Positions 38,797 through 52,400 of a stretch of 64,000 nt of DNA are shown here, piece after piece. Where the stretch lies: contig CBFHFQ010000202.1 of NCBI GenBank assembly GCA_965655095.1, positions 1-64,000 of the forward strand. The letters run 5' to 3'. Below the pieces are notes generated by a model. It was not told the DNA's origin and did no database searches. It saw only the letters and a program-made list of their open reading frames with translations. Position 1 is the stretch's first letter, and every line of letters starts with the position of its first letter. This stretch comes from Haplodiscus bocki (lineage: Eukaryota). The translations under genes and the position numbers were made by a program.

Positions 38797-39229
38797 GATT
38801 TCCAGTTGATGCAAAGTCTTTTCCAATTGATTTACGTCCAAAGATTCAGCAGTCAGAGGCAGAGGCAACCACGGCTACCTCGAAACATTCATTATCTTAA
38901 ATTCTATTTAATAATATTTAAATAGAGCCATATTTAGCAACTGAATATGTAATCTTGTTTTATGAGCGCAAAGCATCTAATGTTCAAACCAGCAAAGCTC
39001 AAATTAAACTTTTTTCTGTGGCAAAAAACCCTGCTCTTAGTCGTATGTCCTTGCGTTACAGAGGTGCAAAGTTGATGAATTGCTTAATAGAAACGGGTTT
39101 TTGTACAGTTGAGTTTTTCGATAAGAATCAAGCGTAAAACATTAAAACACATGGAGCAGGTATTATTAAAAGATCAATTTCCAAATATAATTTTCCATTG
39201 AGTTTGATCATCATGTGCTGTTACATGAT

Positions 39230-39429
39230 NNNNNNNNNNNNNNNNNNNNNNNNNNNNNNNNNNNNNNNNNNNNNNNNNNNNNNNNNNNNNNNNNNNNNNN
39301 NNNNNNNNNNNNNNNNNNNNNNNNNNNNNNNNNNNNNNNNNNNNNNNNNNNNNNNNNNNNNNNNNNNNNNNNNNNNNNNNNNNNNNNNNNNNNNNNNNNN
39401 NNNNNNNNNNNNNNNNNNNNNNNNNNNNN
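39230..39429. other. Assembly gap (200 N)
   Basis: Run of N. Confidence 1.
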
Positions 39430-41929
39430 TTGTTTTGTTTGGACATCGAACTGCTCAATCCGCACCGAATTAAAAAATTTTAGCACCAGCAAAAATAAAA
39501 AAAGTTTCCATAAATGGAGAATAATAAATTCAATAGGTAGGAAAAGATTTATTAAACACAACTCAAAATATCTCGTTTAAAAGGTACATGAGAGCTCTCT
39601 GCATTTCTTTTGGGGAAAAAAGGGATTGGAACTAAGAATTTGTTTGGTTTATTCCCCATTTCAACTGCCATGTTCCTCGTTTCCACTGGGCCGATTCGGA
39701 ACCGCTTTGTAATCGCTTGCATCACGGTAGTAGCAATTCTGCTGAAAGAAGGAAAAGAATGAATACGGATCTGTTGCATTTTTGGCCGAAACCACACAGC
39801 ATAAGAGCACAGCAATCAGAGAAATTTTTTGTGTGAAGTCACCAGATTGGTTGCAACGGAACCCACACGGAATAGATTTTGACTTTTGAAGTTTTTTTGT
39901 ACAGGTTGTGGTTACGTTTTGAATAAGCTTAATTACAACGTGAAATTAAATGAATCACTGCATTTAGCTCTCGATAAGGTGAATTCTTATTTAAAAAACC
40001 TAGAATGTTTTAGTCATGGCACCCTAAAGAATCTTAGTAAACTCGTCTGGAAGAGTTGGATATCCGTTTGTTCTGTAACCGCTCCCAGCCAATCTGGATC
40101 ATTACATGGGAGTGGCACGTATATACATCGTACCGAGTGCTTGAAATGGACCTAATATTTAGATAAAAATCAATTTTGGTGTTTTAATCAGTTTCAAATA
40201 ATCCCGAGACGATCCAGGAAGGTTCTTTCCTTCCGGAAACACTTGCCCGCAAGCTTTGCAGATTTGCTGCGACACACTCCTTCTTTCAAGAGAGGAGAAT
40301 CTTAGGCTCATATTCTAGTTGTGCTTTGTGGATAGTGGTGGTGGGGAGGGATTGATGTCAGCAAGGTTCTTCAGGGCTTGTCTGAAAAGAAACAACCCAT
40401 GTCCGAAGACGTCCCACAAATGTCGACATTACTGATTCCCATCGACAGTGTTGAGATTGATGATAGTTCCGTAGGAACAGTCGATTGGGTGCTCTGCCTG
40501 TCGTTGTGTGGGTTCGCTCTATATGGTACCATTGCCCATTTTGCCGGAATAATGAAAGCGTTGGCCGATAAATTAATATCGTTTAGGCTAGGGTTAATTA
40601 ATGGGTGCTGTATCCCATAGATGTAGGGAAAGGTCGGGTCGTTGGAGTCGGACTCAATTGCCTTTATTTGTGGCTTCGGAGAGGCCACGAACGAGACTGT
40701 GATGATTTCCATGGCATGGGATTGCGACAGTTCCGTTGAAAATAGGATCTCAGGGGTGCTGATCTTTGGCGGGTTCTGCTGATCCGACAATTGTTCCACA
40801 AAAAAAAACGTCTGAATCGGTACCATCGAAAGGGTTAATATTGATCATTTTTGACAAAATGGAAGTTGTATGAAAGTTTCTGATATTTAAAAATTGACTC
40901 GAACAAGAGGCGGAACAAGTACGTGAATTGTCAATAAACATTCATCGCGCGGGGAAAACTTTTGTAGTTCAGGCAGTAAGGTATAGGATTGAAAAAATCA
41001 AGTTTTTTTTTTGGTATGAAATGACGTTGATAACTTGTAAACCCGTTGAAACACGGTGACTTTTCAAGAAAAATAACACTTGCGCATTGTACATTAACAG
41101 GTCCTTGAAATTACCTGCTGAGGTCACTGCTGGAAGACAAAATATTCAGACTTGAAATAAAGAAATAGGAGTTTTGAATGAATAAAGTTTTAAATCCACC
41201 ATGTAACCGTAACATCTCGCTTTGATCAATCGTCAACAAGCAGTTTGTCAATGGAATTAGGGCTCACGTTCCCATTTGCAGAAACTCTTGTTGATGTGGA
41301 AGAGAGTCAATCGTCCATGAAGAAGTTACAGCGAGCATTTAATACCTTAATCCCTTTGTTGTCCCCTCTTTCCTGTGGTGGAGCATAAAAAGAAGATATC
41401 AAGAGGTGTGCGTTAGAGCAGTATAATGGCAAGGCAGGCTTGGCAGTCATGTTGATTGTGCAGCTGAATGAGACGATGAGGACTAAGCGACCTTTGTTGA
41501 CATCATGAGTAATGTGAATGTGGAAACTGGAGAACTGGAGGTGAATCAGAGGGGTTCAAATTAGCCAATGCGCTAAAACTGGCAAATTTGTTGACAGAAG
41601 CATTTGTGGGGGGTGTAGTTGATGCACCAAATTGACAAGATGTTAGTCTTCAATCTTCATTATCATTAGATTTGGTTTTGTCCGAATAAAATAGTGGACA
41701 TCCATATTTTCCCTAAGCTAGCAGCGCGCGCTTGTACGTGAAGATGGCATTATGGGGCTATTGAATTTCAGTATTCGACTCATCGGAGGAGCCTGTTGAT
41801 TGTCCTAGAGATTTTGTTAGTGATGGTGTGCGTGGTTCCGGAACGGAAATAGAGGTTGGGCGCGCCACATCGGATGGTTAGGTTTCAGGTGCCACAAGGG
41901 GTGCTCCCATGGAATTACAAACAAATTTA

Positions 41930-43100
41930 TAGTAATATTGTGAATAAATGAAGCAGAAGCAGGGACAGTCTAACTTTTTGGTTGTTTTGACAGGTCCAGT
42001 TGTGGCAGTCCAAGTTTGATGCAGAGCTGGCGCAATATCGACGGAGGAAGAATTGAGAAGCCAGGTCAGAAGGAAGCGCCGTGATCACTCGACGTTTGGC
42101 ACCGTTTTCTGGTAGTGTTCCAGCACATGTTGAAAATGAGGGCAACCACTGCAGTCGGGATTTACTTGAGCTGGCAGTTGACGATGGTTTTAATGGGTTC
42201 AAAGCAGCATATTGCCAGTTTCGTTTCACGCGGTTCATCATTTTGACAATTCATGAGTTTTGTTTCAGACCAATTCATCTTTCAACCTGCCATCACATCA
42301 AATATTGCCACTGGACGTCAGCCAGTGACACCGTGCTGTTCAGTTAGTGCTGAGGAGTGGGCACAAATCCTTCAACCAGTTATGGGCAGGAAGTCTTGTT
42401 GCTTTATGTTCTAATTATTTGCATCCTTGCACTCCTCCTTGTAACAATTGTTGTTTGCAGAATTAGATTACATGCTGACTCATGTGGGACAAGGAACTTT
42501 GCTTTTCGGTCCTCTACTTATGGAGACAAGTGACACAAGTGGATATGAAACGGTTGGCAGTCAGCAGTGACAACGAGTCCGGCCAAAGTAAACGTAACAA
42601 ATCAAGACAGTGTTGGGGGCAGAGGAAATGGGCCACTTTTTCGTAACAGGGGCGACAGTTGCAGTTGGCAAACACAGCCATTTCTACAACCGAATCTGCA
42701 ACAAGGATGGGTTTGTTTTGATGCAGGTGCCCCATGAGATTTTGAGGCGTTTTCAGGGTACCAAGTTTTTCCTCGTGACCAACTGCTTAGACTGGAGACG
42801 CCTGGTTGGTGCGATTTTGTGTTCCAGGGAACCGTCGCGGCAATGATGAACTTGAGCGATAGTTTGAGCGCATCCTTTGAGCTCCCCTGATAAATCGTGA
42901 CAGAGAGTGCCCTTTCGCCGAGGGTCTCATGATAGACAGCTCCGGGACCCCGCACGCGAAGCTGTGAGTGCTTGCCAAAGTGTTCTGCTGATTGAAAATT
43001 TGAGAATAAGCGGCAGCTATGAATTTGTGCACCCACTGTGATGTCACTTTGACTGCTGGGCAGGTGAATGTTGAAGTGACGTGATCATGCGATGCGGATC
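41930..43100 (-). pseudogene. Gypsy B accessory ORF downstream of pol; Cys/His-rich, not env-like, function unknown
   Basis: Overlapping minus-strand ORF pieces 42602-43036, 42514-42735 and 41927-42241 read as one decayed protein (CNCRPC...HFLC..HC). No signal peptide or TM segment was seen. Confidence 0.5.
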
Positions 43101-43157
43101 TGTTTGGTGTTTTACTTTTTCCGTGTTTCTACGTATCATTGCAGTTAGAGTTTTTGT

Positions 43158-45693
43158 CGTTATGTTTTACGCAGTCATTTTGAACGGAAAGTAACCCTGT
43201 ATCCTCTCTCGTGTCTTCGGATGGGCCAAAACCCTCTATCTCTCAGTATGGAAGTTGTTGAACTTCGGCCGAATACTGGGTGTTTGTGCGGATGTGGGAG
43301 AATCCCACGCACTTTTGTAAATGTGTTGCCGTAGTGAGCCACTACAGCAGCAGCACAATGCTGGAATTTTTTTTGAGCGCATTGTGGCCCTCATGTTGCT
43401 ATTATATTGATGCAGAGTTGACCGGACGTGCCAGTGAAAGCCTTCACAAGTCATCTGGGTAGTGGATACCGCCAGAAACAGACAAAGTATCTTATGTAGG
43501 ACGTTCATCTCTTCAAGCGGTGCCTTCAGTGAACTGCTGAGAGTCCGATTGGCAGCCTCGACCCCTATTGGGTCACAAAACTCTTCATCAACCACCTCAT
43601 GGGAGCCGAGCCGGGACTGGATATTGGATTGTCACTCGCCCTTCCCCCAGAAGATTCAATATTATAAGTGATCTGTCCAGGCGTCATCTCGTGGAGGTTG
43701 TGGCAAAAGTAACAGTGGTGGGGCCACTACTGGTATCGTACCTTTGAGAGACTGGACGGCAAAATGATGGCGACAGTCTCGTGGTTGGGGATTTTTTATG
43801 TTAATGTTAGTGGGGTTAATGATAGTGTACTTATTGTATTCTGCAGTTTAAAAGAGGGTTACGGAACTCATTTGGCACGAATGCGGTTCCCTTTATTTCG
43901 TCTGCTGCTTGAAATTTGTAAGTCTAATATTTGTATTTGTCATGTTGTATAACTTCCGGTTATGTAGCACTCCGGATTGGTTCCACAAAACTTTCTAGGA
44001 ACAGACTAGTATATTTCCGCATTTGTTCCACGTTTTGTACCGATTGGGCCATAGGCAATTTTGTCACTTCATTTGAAGTATCCACGTTCAGTTCATGTCT
44101 GTGACTCAATCTTTTGTTTCAGACGGCGAAAATTTTGTCGACGCTTCATCCACAGCGGACTATGGCTATCAAGCGTTCATTGAATGGGCTCGGCTTGTGT
44201 ACAGCCTGCTGCGAGAAAAAAAAACAGTTCGCCGTTGCTTCTTGTTGAATACCAGGTCAATTGTACAGTTTCCAATCACTCTAAATTTCCCGCAAAAGAT
44301 GAAAAATAGTTTTTGTCGGGAACCTGTGTGTTGGTAGCTCTCAACAAAGTTGGGAGTTACTACTTGAAAAATGAAATTCGTCGCGAGGCTCAAGAGTTCT
44401 TAGAAGGATTTGTGAACTCCGGGCTCTCCACTGTTGCCACGAGGTCGATTGTTAGACTGGTGATGAGTTGTTTCTGCCCTGCCATTTTGATTGATGGAGA
44501 TGATCAAGCACCCCTCAGCTGTTCTGTTTGCTACCCGACAGGCTTCTTGAGAAGGGGTGGTTGAAAGGTTTTGAGGTGGAGGCGTGCCAGGCTGAGTGTC
44601 AGCCATTCATGCAAGAGCAGCGGCAGCTGGAACAAACTTCAGCGGGGAGCCGCCCTGACGTTTTGCTCTTTGAGGGTTGGTTTCTGTGATCAACGCCATT
44701 TGTTCAAAGTATGTATCGTGACCAATATTGTGAGGCATTGTCTTAACATGCACTTGGTAAACTTCTGATATCTTGTTGGAGGTGTTCCATCTGACAGCAC
44801 TTGTGAATCGTGAGCCGGTGTCGTCGATCGAGACATTCATATTTACTTTGGAACGGGTGGACATTGACAAGGAGATAGTGCGTGGTGTCCTACTTTGAGT
44901 GCAGGATTTTGTCAGAAGCGTGCACTTTACAAAGTTTCTTTTCAGATTCCAGCGTTGCGTTATTAGCTGAACCCGCCACCGTTCGTGACAACGTTACTAT
45001 CACTGTTGCGCCTTTGCCTTGGAGTCACGTGGGAAAACGTCACCTGTTCTAGTTATATCTGATTTGTATGCCTGCTTCGAGAAGTCAATTGATTGTCGTT
45101 GAGCCGTAAAAGACACCAGTGAGCAAGTACTTGCGGCCGGTGGTGTGACTCCATTGTCCATTGTCTGAGGAGTCACCGTCTCGGGCCGGTGTACAAATCT
45201 CGACGGTGGCAGAACTCAGGCAAGTGGAATACGTGCCCTTTGGTGCGGTTTTTGTCAGTTTTCCAGGGCCCAAATACCTACGTGACTCCCCGGGCAAGGT
45301 GAAAACGAAGCATGTGACTCGCAGTCACGTGAAGTTGCCCCAGAGATTCAAATTGCAAGCCCTCCTCAGACAACTCGCAAGAAGTCTGCGATTGAATATC
45401 CTAGTTTTGGTTTCACGCTGGAGCATCAGCAGTCCCGTGGCAAATAAAGACGGAACGGACTGGACTGGCATGCCACTCTTGTTTTGTAAATGGGATTGCC
45501 CTGAAATTTCCTCTTTCCTCTATAAACTGCTCTTGCTGTATATAATAAAAATGTTGGTCGATTATGAATTTGTAGAGTAGTCTGGATTCGTCCTCGTAGA
45601 TATTCTGTACTGAGTAGTACCTGTCGGGTTATCGAAGGAAACGCGACTGAGTAACAAAGTGAATTAGTTGTCCGGGAGTATCAACAAATAACA
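43158..45693 (+). mobile_element. 2.5-kb LTR-like unit nested in Gypsy B, carrying a decayed spliced gene
   Basis: Termini (C)GTTAT...ATAACA are inverted. TATAAA at 45521 and AATAAA at 45544 lie ~150 nt before the end. Internal + strand exons are separated by short GT-AG introns. The unit interrupts the Gypsy B 3' region. Confidence 0.6.
43240..45440 (+). pseudogene. Multi-exon gene of unknown function inside the 2.5-kb unit
   Basis: Introns at ~43784-43846, 43918-43967 (GTAAGT...TATGTAG) and 44709-44781 (GTATGT...GAG). Splicing gives in-phase joins LFRLLLEI-S-LRIGSTK and HLFK-VFHLTALV. Confidence 0.6.
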
Positions 45694-45802
45694 TGGCAGA
45701 GATTTGCAATTGCAACGTGTCGGTGAGTAGAAAGTTCCTAGGAATTATTGAAAGATGTACGTGTTTTTTCCGTGGAACATAGTCAACAAAACGGGAAGTT
45801 TA

Positions 45803-48800
45803 TCATCCGTACTCATCGTCACAGTCAGATTTCGGATTATGACGTAGATCACATTTAGTTCTGCGGGCGTTGACAAGATTAGGATTAGGTCATTCTGAAC
45901 TCATTTCTGCATCAAGTTCCTTGTAAAGATCCGTATCGGTTCCATCACATAATTCGTCTAATGGGCTAAAATTTCTGTAGAACTTTCTCGTGTTGTTCGG
46001 CGTATGCCTCAAGTTTTGGCATTCGTGCGGTCGGATTGTACTGTCATTTCACGTGGGTTAAGTGGACGCCGTTATTCTTGACCGTTGTCAAAAATGAGTT
46101 TTCGAAAAACAAACGCCCATCCTCTGGCGTGTAACTTATCATGTTCAATGATAAATTCAAGATCAAGTTTATATTCTTGTGACCTGGTTTGTACGTCGGG
46201 TATGGGTCTTCCAGGCGTAAGAAGTCTTAGGCGCATGCAATGAAGGACTCGCGTTTTATCTGTTCCGATCTTGCATACCACGCAGTTGTTTATTAGTAAA
46301 GCGTTCTTCAATATAGAAGCCCAATCCAATGGAAGTCTCTGAAAGGTGTTTTTCTGTCTGGATGATATGTTTCTTTGGCACACGGACGTAAGCACGTTCG
46401 TTAAATTTAGAAGCATTTGCTTTTTGTCATTCAAGGCTTTGTACTCAAGGTAGGCTTGCCTTGAGTTTTTCCGTAGAGCTTGGAGAATCATTTCGGTTTG
46501 TTTAAGAACTTTTTGGGCAACCTGTCTTTTGGTTTTAAATGGTTTTCAAGGACGAATCTCATTTTCAAACCAGGAACATTGTACGGAACACGTCAGTGGA
46601 ACACCCGAATATGTTTGCACTCAGCGCTCGTTTGGTACGACGTGTGGTTATTTTGGACAGCAAGGTAGACATACTTGTGCCACATTGATGTTAGTTCACC
46701 TGTTTCTTTTTAACAGTGTTTTTTTGATTGAATCAAGTGTTCGTTCGGACTTTCGAGTTGTCTGCGCGTGCTTGGTTGTGGCATGTTCTAGGGTGACACA
46801 GAAGACTTCTGCTACCTCTTTGATTGCTTGGAATACAAAGAGTGATCCTTTTCTTCCTATATAAACGTCGTTGGAAGGTAAGCATGTTTAGTCATGATGT
46901 TGATTGAAACTGTGGCATTTATTTGAGCACCTTGGCTCGCTGTATGCAAATAAGTAAATAAGTATCCAGAGAACACGTACGTGGCTGTCATTGCGTTCTC
47001 GTAGCCACCTGATGGATGCAGTTCCAATCAATTTGCATGGCATCTTTTGGACCTGTTACGTGTTCAGTAGGGTTTTCTAGGGGTGGGTAGGTGAGTCTGT
47101 TTTTGATTCATGATTCGTTGATAAATTGCTTACACGAGAAGACCCATTTCTTGATTAATAGTTCCATGCTTGGGAAACAGTACTTCTGTTTGTATGCGAT
47201 TATTGTCTTGGTGATTCTAGGGTGCTTTCCAAGTTCTCCTTGCAGCCGCCAGAGTACTTCATCAACAAGATCCTTCGGTATGAAAACTTGGTAGTAATTA
47301 ACGCTACCAGTTTCTACGTAGTACTTCCGGAACAAAAGGCTGTCTTTGAGGATTATGCGATCCTCGTTCGCTTTGTAATGCTTCTTTTGTCCATCTGTCA
47401 TCAGTACCATTTTAACTTAGAGTTGGCCTAATACCTTCAATTTTGAGTTTTTTAGTGCTAAGTTCACGTCTTCCTTGACTTGCTGAGTTTTTATTCTTGG
47501 ATTTCGATGTATTGTTTCCGTCGATCTGAAAGAATTTTTCGACGCTAGTTCTTCTACGCGATTTTTAGACGGAACTTTTCTATGACTTTGAGTTCTAGTT
47601 TTAGTCTCAAAAAAAAGTCAACTGCTGCGGTGACTGAGCCGGCAAAGTGTGCCAATTTGACGTTAAATTGCAACATATAGTCACAAGCGTTCAACAACGT
47701 TGGTGGAATTGATTTCGTCTGCAAGAACCGGGTGATTGACTTGGTACCTGTCTAGACGATTGTTGGCTTGGTTGTTTCCAACGCAATGCGTGCAAACTCA
47801 AGAAAGTCCATGTTATATGCTGAACATTGTTTTGAGTAGAATGATATTTTGAATTCTGAAGGCGAGAAAACTTTTGATCCAAACGCGATGGGGGCGTACA
47901 GTTTCAGCTTTGATTGGTCTTGAGGTAATAATCAGCGCTTATTAGGCTTGCATCAGTCATCAAGACCAGTTGTCTTTCTCAAAACGATTGTTTTAAAGCT
48001 AGTTCACGAGCATCACTCACTGCTTTGTTTTTTGAATCAAAGGTGTCTGTAGATTCTGATGTGCTGTTGATTGATGTATCTGCTTTAAGTAGTTTGTAGA
48101 CTGGGTTACGCTTCTCAGTCATCCTGGGAGTATAATTTCTGTACAAATTCACATATCCCAGGTAGCGTTGGAACTCTTTTTTCAATTTGGTGAATCTGAT
48201 TTCACTGGGAAATTTTCGAAATTTCCGAGCTTGCTGTGAAATTCCCTCTGGTGAGATGGTTCTGCCATGAAATTCAACTTGTCTGTTTGCAGAATAGCAG
48301 TTTTGTACTGTTAGTTTCAATCCTGCTTGGCGAAAGCACTTGAAGACTGGTTGAATGTTCCGGGTAAGATCCGTGGCAATGTTGGCTGCAATGACGAAAT
48401 CATCCAGGTAATGAGCACATTGGTCAGTTTTGACAATTGGGTCCAAGTATTCGCGCATGATGTTTGAAAACGCAAATACAGATGTGCTGAGACCTCGTGC
48501 AAGACTTTTACAGGCAAAATTTCTGCCAGCAGAATTGAGTGGAAGCATTTCCACTGACCGTTGATCCGCCATTTGCGAACAGTGATAGGCTTGGGAAAAT
48601 TCAAGCTTGCAGAAGAGAGACTTTTTGCCATATGTTTTGCTGCATCTGACAAAAAACTCATTGAGTGAATACTGTTGGTGTAGTCATCTGCAGTCAGAAC
48701 GTTGATTTTTTCTGAGATCCATAAGCAGACGTAGTTTTCCATTGGGTTTTCTCTGTGAAAAAATGGGACTTGCGTAATTAAAAAAAGCGGTACTGTAATG

Positions 48801-49430
48801 ATTCCATATTAACGCACCAGAACCAATCCAAACGCTCCAGTTTTCTTTCAGGTAGTTTGGCGTTGGCAGGTTTTGATTGTAAACAGTTTTTACCATGTTT
48901 GGGTGTTAGTTTCGCCTCGAACTCCGTGTTCATCCCAATTTCCATTTATTTTTCAAAAACATATCATGATAATCAACCATAAGACTTTCAATTGCTTGTT
49001 TTCCAGCTTTCTTAATTAGTGTGTTGGTCCATTCAAACCCTTCAAGTAGTTTTGTTTGGGATTTTTGATGACCCTGTGGGTTTAGTTTCCATTACTTCTT
49101 CAATTCACGCAATTCTGAGCATTTGTGGCTGTTATGGGGTATAATCGTCAGTTTTGCCAGGGTTTTTGGGCTTCAGGAACCAGATTATGTTGCTCTGCTG
49201 TTCAGTTTTGTTCGTTCTAAGTAGCTCACTCAATTAGGTAGTCAGATCAGGATCACCTTCCGGAATCATTTTGAGGATTGCCATGTACACTGATTTGATG
49301 AAGTTAAATTGCTGCAGAGTGACTACGGAGAAGTCGGCCTTCTGCGTATTCTTTTTGAACATTTAAAGCGATTCCGTTGTGTTAGTAACTCTGAATGCTA
49401 CCTTCGAGTGGGAAATCAGCTAATTGACTG
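45803..49430 (-). pseudogene. pol: pol of Gypsy B (RT, RNase H, integrase; decayed)
   Basis: YASPIFSQRKPNGKLRLLMDLRK, YLDD, QVEFHG, FQRYLGYVN, integrase GKHP...CKQ, HATTKHAQT, and a terminal LRHNPK motif. Confidence 0.93.
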
Positions 49431-52400
49431 CTTTCTCCTATTGTTCCTCCACAAGAGTTCTCGTTTTTCTTTCAGCATTTCTTCAGACTGTGCAGCTCCT
49501 TTATTTGCTTTCAATATTCTTACTTCTTGGTTGCGAAATCAAAGTTTTTCTCCTGAATTCAATTTTTTCTTCGAATAAGTCTGATCAAAACTGAGATTTT
49601 CAACTGTTCTTCCATGTTTTTACTCTCTGATCCTCTCTTGAGCCTTCTATGGAGCAGTTTTGTCTGATTTTCGTTGCGTTCTTTTCCGAACTGTCTTGGT
49701 CTTGACTTGGTTTTCCTATCGAGCCGTTTTCACAAGTTCTGGTTTTTCTTTTGTTTTCCTTTGCTCGTAGTTACTCTACGATTTTGGTCGAAGATTGAAC
49801 CATTGTCTTCATCGTTTTTGCTTGTCTCATTTCTGCTACAACTTTTTTCCGTTATCCACTCTTCTTAACATTCATATTGCCCAATTCCAAAATCGAAAAA
49901 ATCAATTTCACACTTGCTATTTCAAGCAAACTTTTCTGAGCCAATGTTTTTCAGCTTCTACACTTTCACCAGGAAAAAGTGAGATCTTGTTATCAGCCAC
50001 TCTTGTTTGTTATCGCTTTCAGTAAAAAACAAACTTCAGCATGAGGTAGTTTGCTTTGGCGTAGCGTCCAGAAAAAGCTTACAGTTGTTTAAAGATATTG
50101 ATTTGACGACTCTCAAACATCACTTCACATCTCCTTGAATTGTTCTTTCATGTTCGAGCGTTCATCCTTCTCTGCTCCTGTAACACGTGAAAACACTGTT
50201 GTTCCCTCATTTTCCCTGAAACTTTGTTCGCGGAAATTGCTTTTTCAAAGTTAAGCGACCGTTGCTTTAAGACTATATCGAGCCATTGTTTTGAAACCTC
50301 ACTTAGGTTGAAATTTAGTTTACTTTCAATAGTTTTTAGAGTTGAAAGTTGTCGTGAATCTTCATTGGAAGTCCTTTCTTGCGATTTCCTTCAATTCATC
50401 TGATCTAGATCTTTACATCCCTTCAGCTGGTTTTTTCTTGCTCACGTTCATTTTCACTTTCATATTTTCCTTCCAAAGGATTCCAAAAACACTTCTCCGT
50501 AATTATTTCTGTTTCACTTAGCTTTGAATTTTAGTAAACTCGTTTCTTGGAAAAAGAATGAAGGAGAGCAAAAACAATTCTTTTTTGATTTACCAGGGTA
50601 ACAGAGACACATTGAATAGCCACATCTTTATATGTAACACGTTTTCTACATAACACAAATCTCAACACCTCCAAAGTTCTTTCACTTGAAATTGAATACA
50701 TCATACTATTTATTCATTCCCGCTATTTCGTCGACGTCATAATGCCGTTTTTGGTTTTTTGGGAAATCACATATTTCAATGAAAGCAGAACCACATTTGA
50801 GTTACATCTGAATTCAAACTTGTAAAAAAATTGTGAGGACAATTTTTTTTGAAAAAACAAACCGAACTAGTTTTTCACAAGTTTTGCTATTTTTTTGAAT
50901 CATTTATATGATTTTCAATTTCTATTTTCATTCTCTTTTTTCATTTCCGACCTTTAATGAAATGAAATAGAAAAAAAATTGCGTTTGCTAGCAGCTCCAA
51001 CAACTTAAACTATAGTTACCCTTGACGCTAACCTCTTCACTGGTTACAATAAATTTTGCTTCGAGTCCATCATTTCTGATATGATATTTCTCTATATGTC
51101 ACTTTTTCGTCCGTCAAAAAGTTTTCTCGAAATTGCGACAGTACTACCGTCACAATTGCTACAAATGAACCACTATAACAATGTTCTACAAAAAAAAAAA
51201 ACAAATCAGCAGCTCTAATTGTATATGCCATAACAATTGAAGTTCAAACCTAAATTTCAGCTGCCACCCATTTTTAATAAAGCTCTTAATCATGTTTTCC
51301 ATTCAGACCTCATCTTACAACAATTTCCTCAACTGCTGCTTTACAAGATCTTACGTTTAATACTTTGGAAAAAAATAAGGAAGTTTGTTCACTAACACAA
51401 CTCCAAAATACATGTTACAATAAACATTTTCCTGAATTTCAGAAAATGTTTCTACACCTCCTTCTAAAAGTTAAGCCCAATCCGTAAACCAACAATTGAC
51501 GCAACTTTTTACATCAATTTTCATACTATGTCGAACACATTTCTTATAAAACCAAACTTTCAGTTTATGCCAATCTGATCGACCTATTGCGTATATTACT
51601 CACTTAAAAATTCCCTCAAACTTTTAAAAAGTTCTTAAAAATTCTCACTAGCAACGCAAAATAGCCTCCACACAAAACTCTAAAACTACCTCTAAATTTC
51701 GAACTAGCCTCAGCTGTAATATTTTCCCCTCTACGTTTCAAACCTACCTTTGCTCAGTTAACACAAACCCAAATTGTCAAGCAACTTCTTTTACAAACAT
51801 TCCCATATGTCAAACAAAATCATTGATTAAATGTAAGCCGCCTAAAGTACCAACAAACTCTGCATGCCCAAATCACTCAACACAAAACACAAAAAAAATT
51901 CCCTCTGTAAATCAAACGCTGATATCTAATCAGTTTGACTAAAGTGCAAGAAGTTCAAATGCATACCCAAAATTTTGCCGATCTAATCCGTCTATAACAA
52001 CCCACTATCAACTCTTCAACTCATTTTTTCAATTAATTTTGCTCCCGAAAATCAAAACCCGGCTCCATTCAAAACTTCGTGACCGAATTCAAATATTGAA
52101 ATTACAGAATCTGCAGCCACATTTTTTTCGGCCGCGATATCTTTTTCTGGTTCATGCTCTATAGCATAAGGATCTACGTCGGATACGTTTTAATGTCTTG
52201 ATGATTCACCGGAAAAAAAACCAGTGAAGTGTGTGAACTTCATATCGCTTATCAATTTGGCCCACAGCCAAGTGATTCCGACACCTACTTTTTTGCATAC
52301 ACAAAATGTAGTTTTTCTTCATTATTCCTCGTAACGTACAAAAACAAGTTTTTGCGTGTCATCACGAAATGCACCGTGGTTAGTTTTCCTTCGCTGAATA

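Larger units (their letters stand above)
34199..38940 (-). mobile_element. Young full-length CR1/L2-like LINE D with three ORFs
   Basis: Exact 10-bp TSD CTGAATATGT at 34189-34198 and 38941-38950, an (ACA)n tail, and near-intact ORF0, ORF1 and ORF2. Confidence 0.95.
31300..39229 (+). mobile_element. Decayed CR1/L2-like LINE C, split by insertion of LINE D (pieces ~31300-34198 and 38941-39229)
   Basis: ORF1 QYGRRD...DVSVCHRLP. APE FIVGDMNFD. RT DLRKAID, VPQ and LFADD. The C-terminal SLRYRGAKLMN resumes right after the TSD at 38941. Confidence 0.88.
40160..49430 (-). mobile_element. Decayed, 5'-truncated Ty3/Gypsy element (Gypsy B) with a long 3' accessory region
   Basis: pol remnants at 45803-49430. 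On the minus strand a PPT gaaagaaggagtg is followed by an LTR start TGTCGC at 40274. The left boundary is approximate. Confidence 0.8.
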
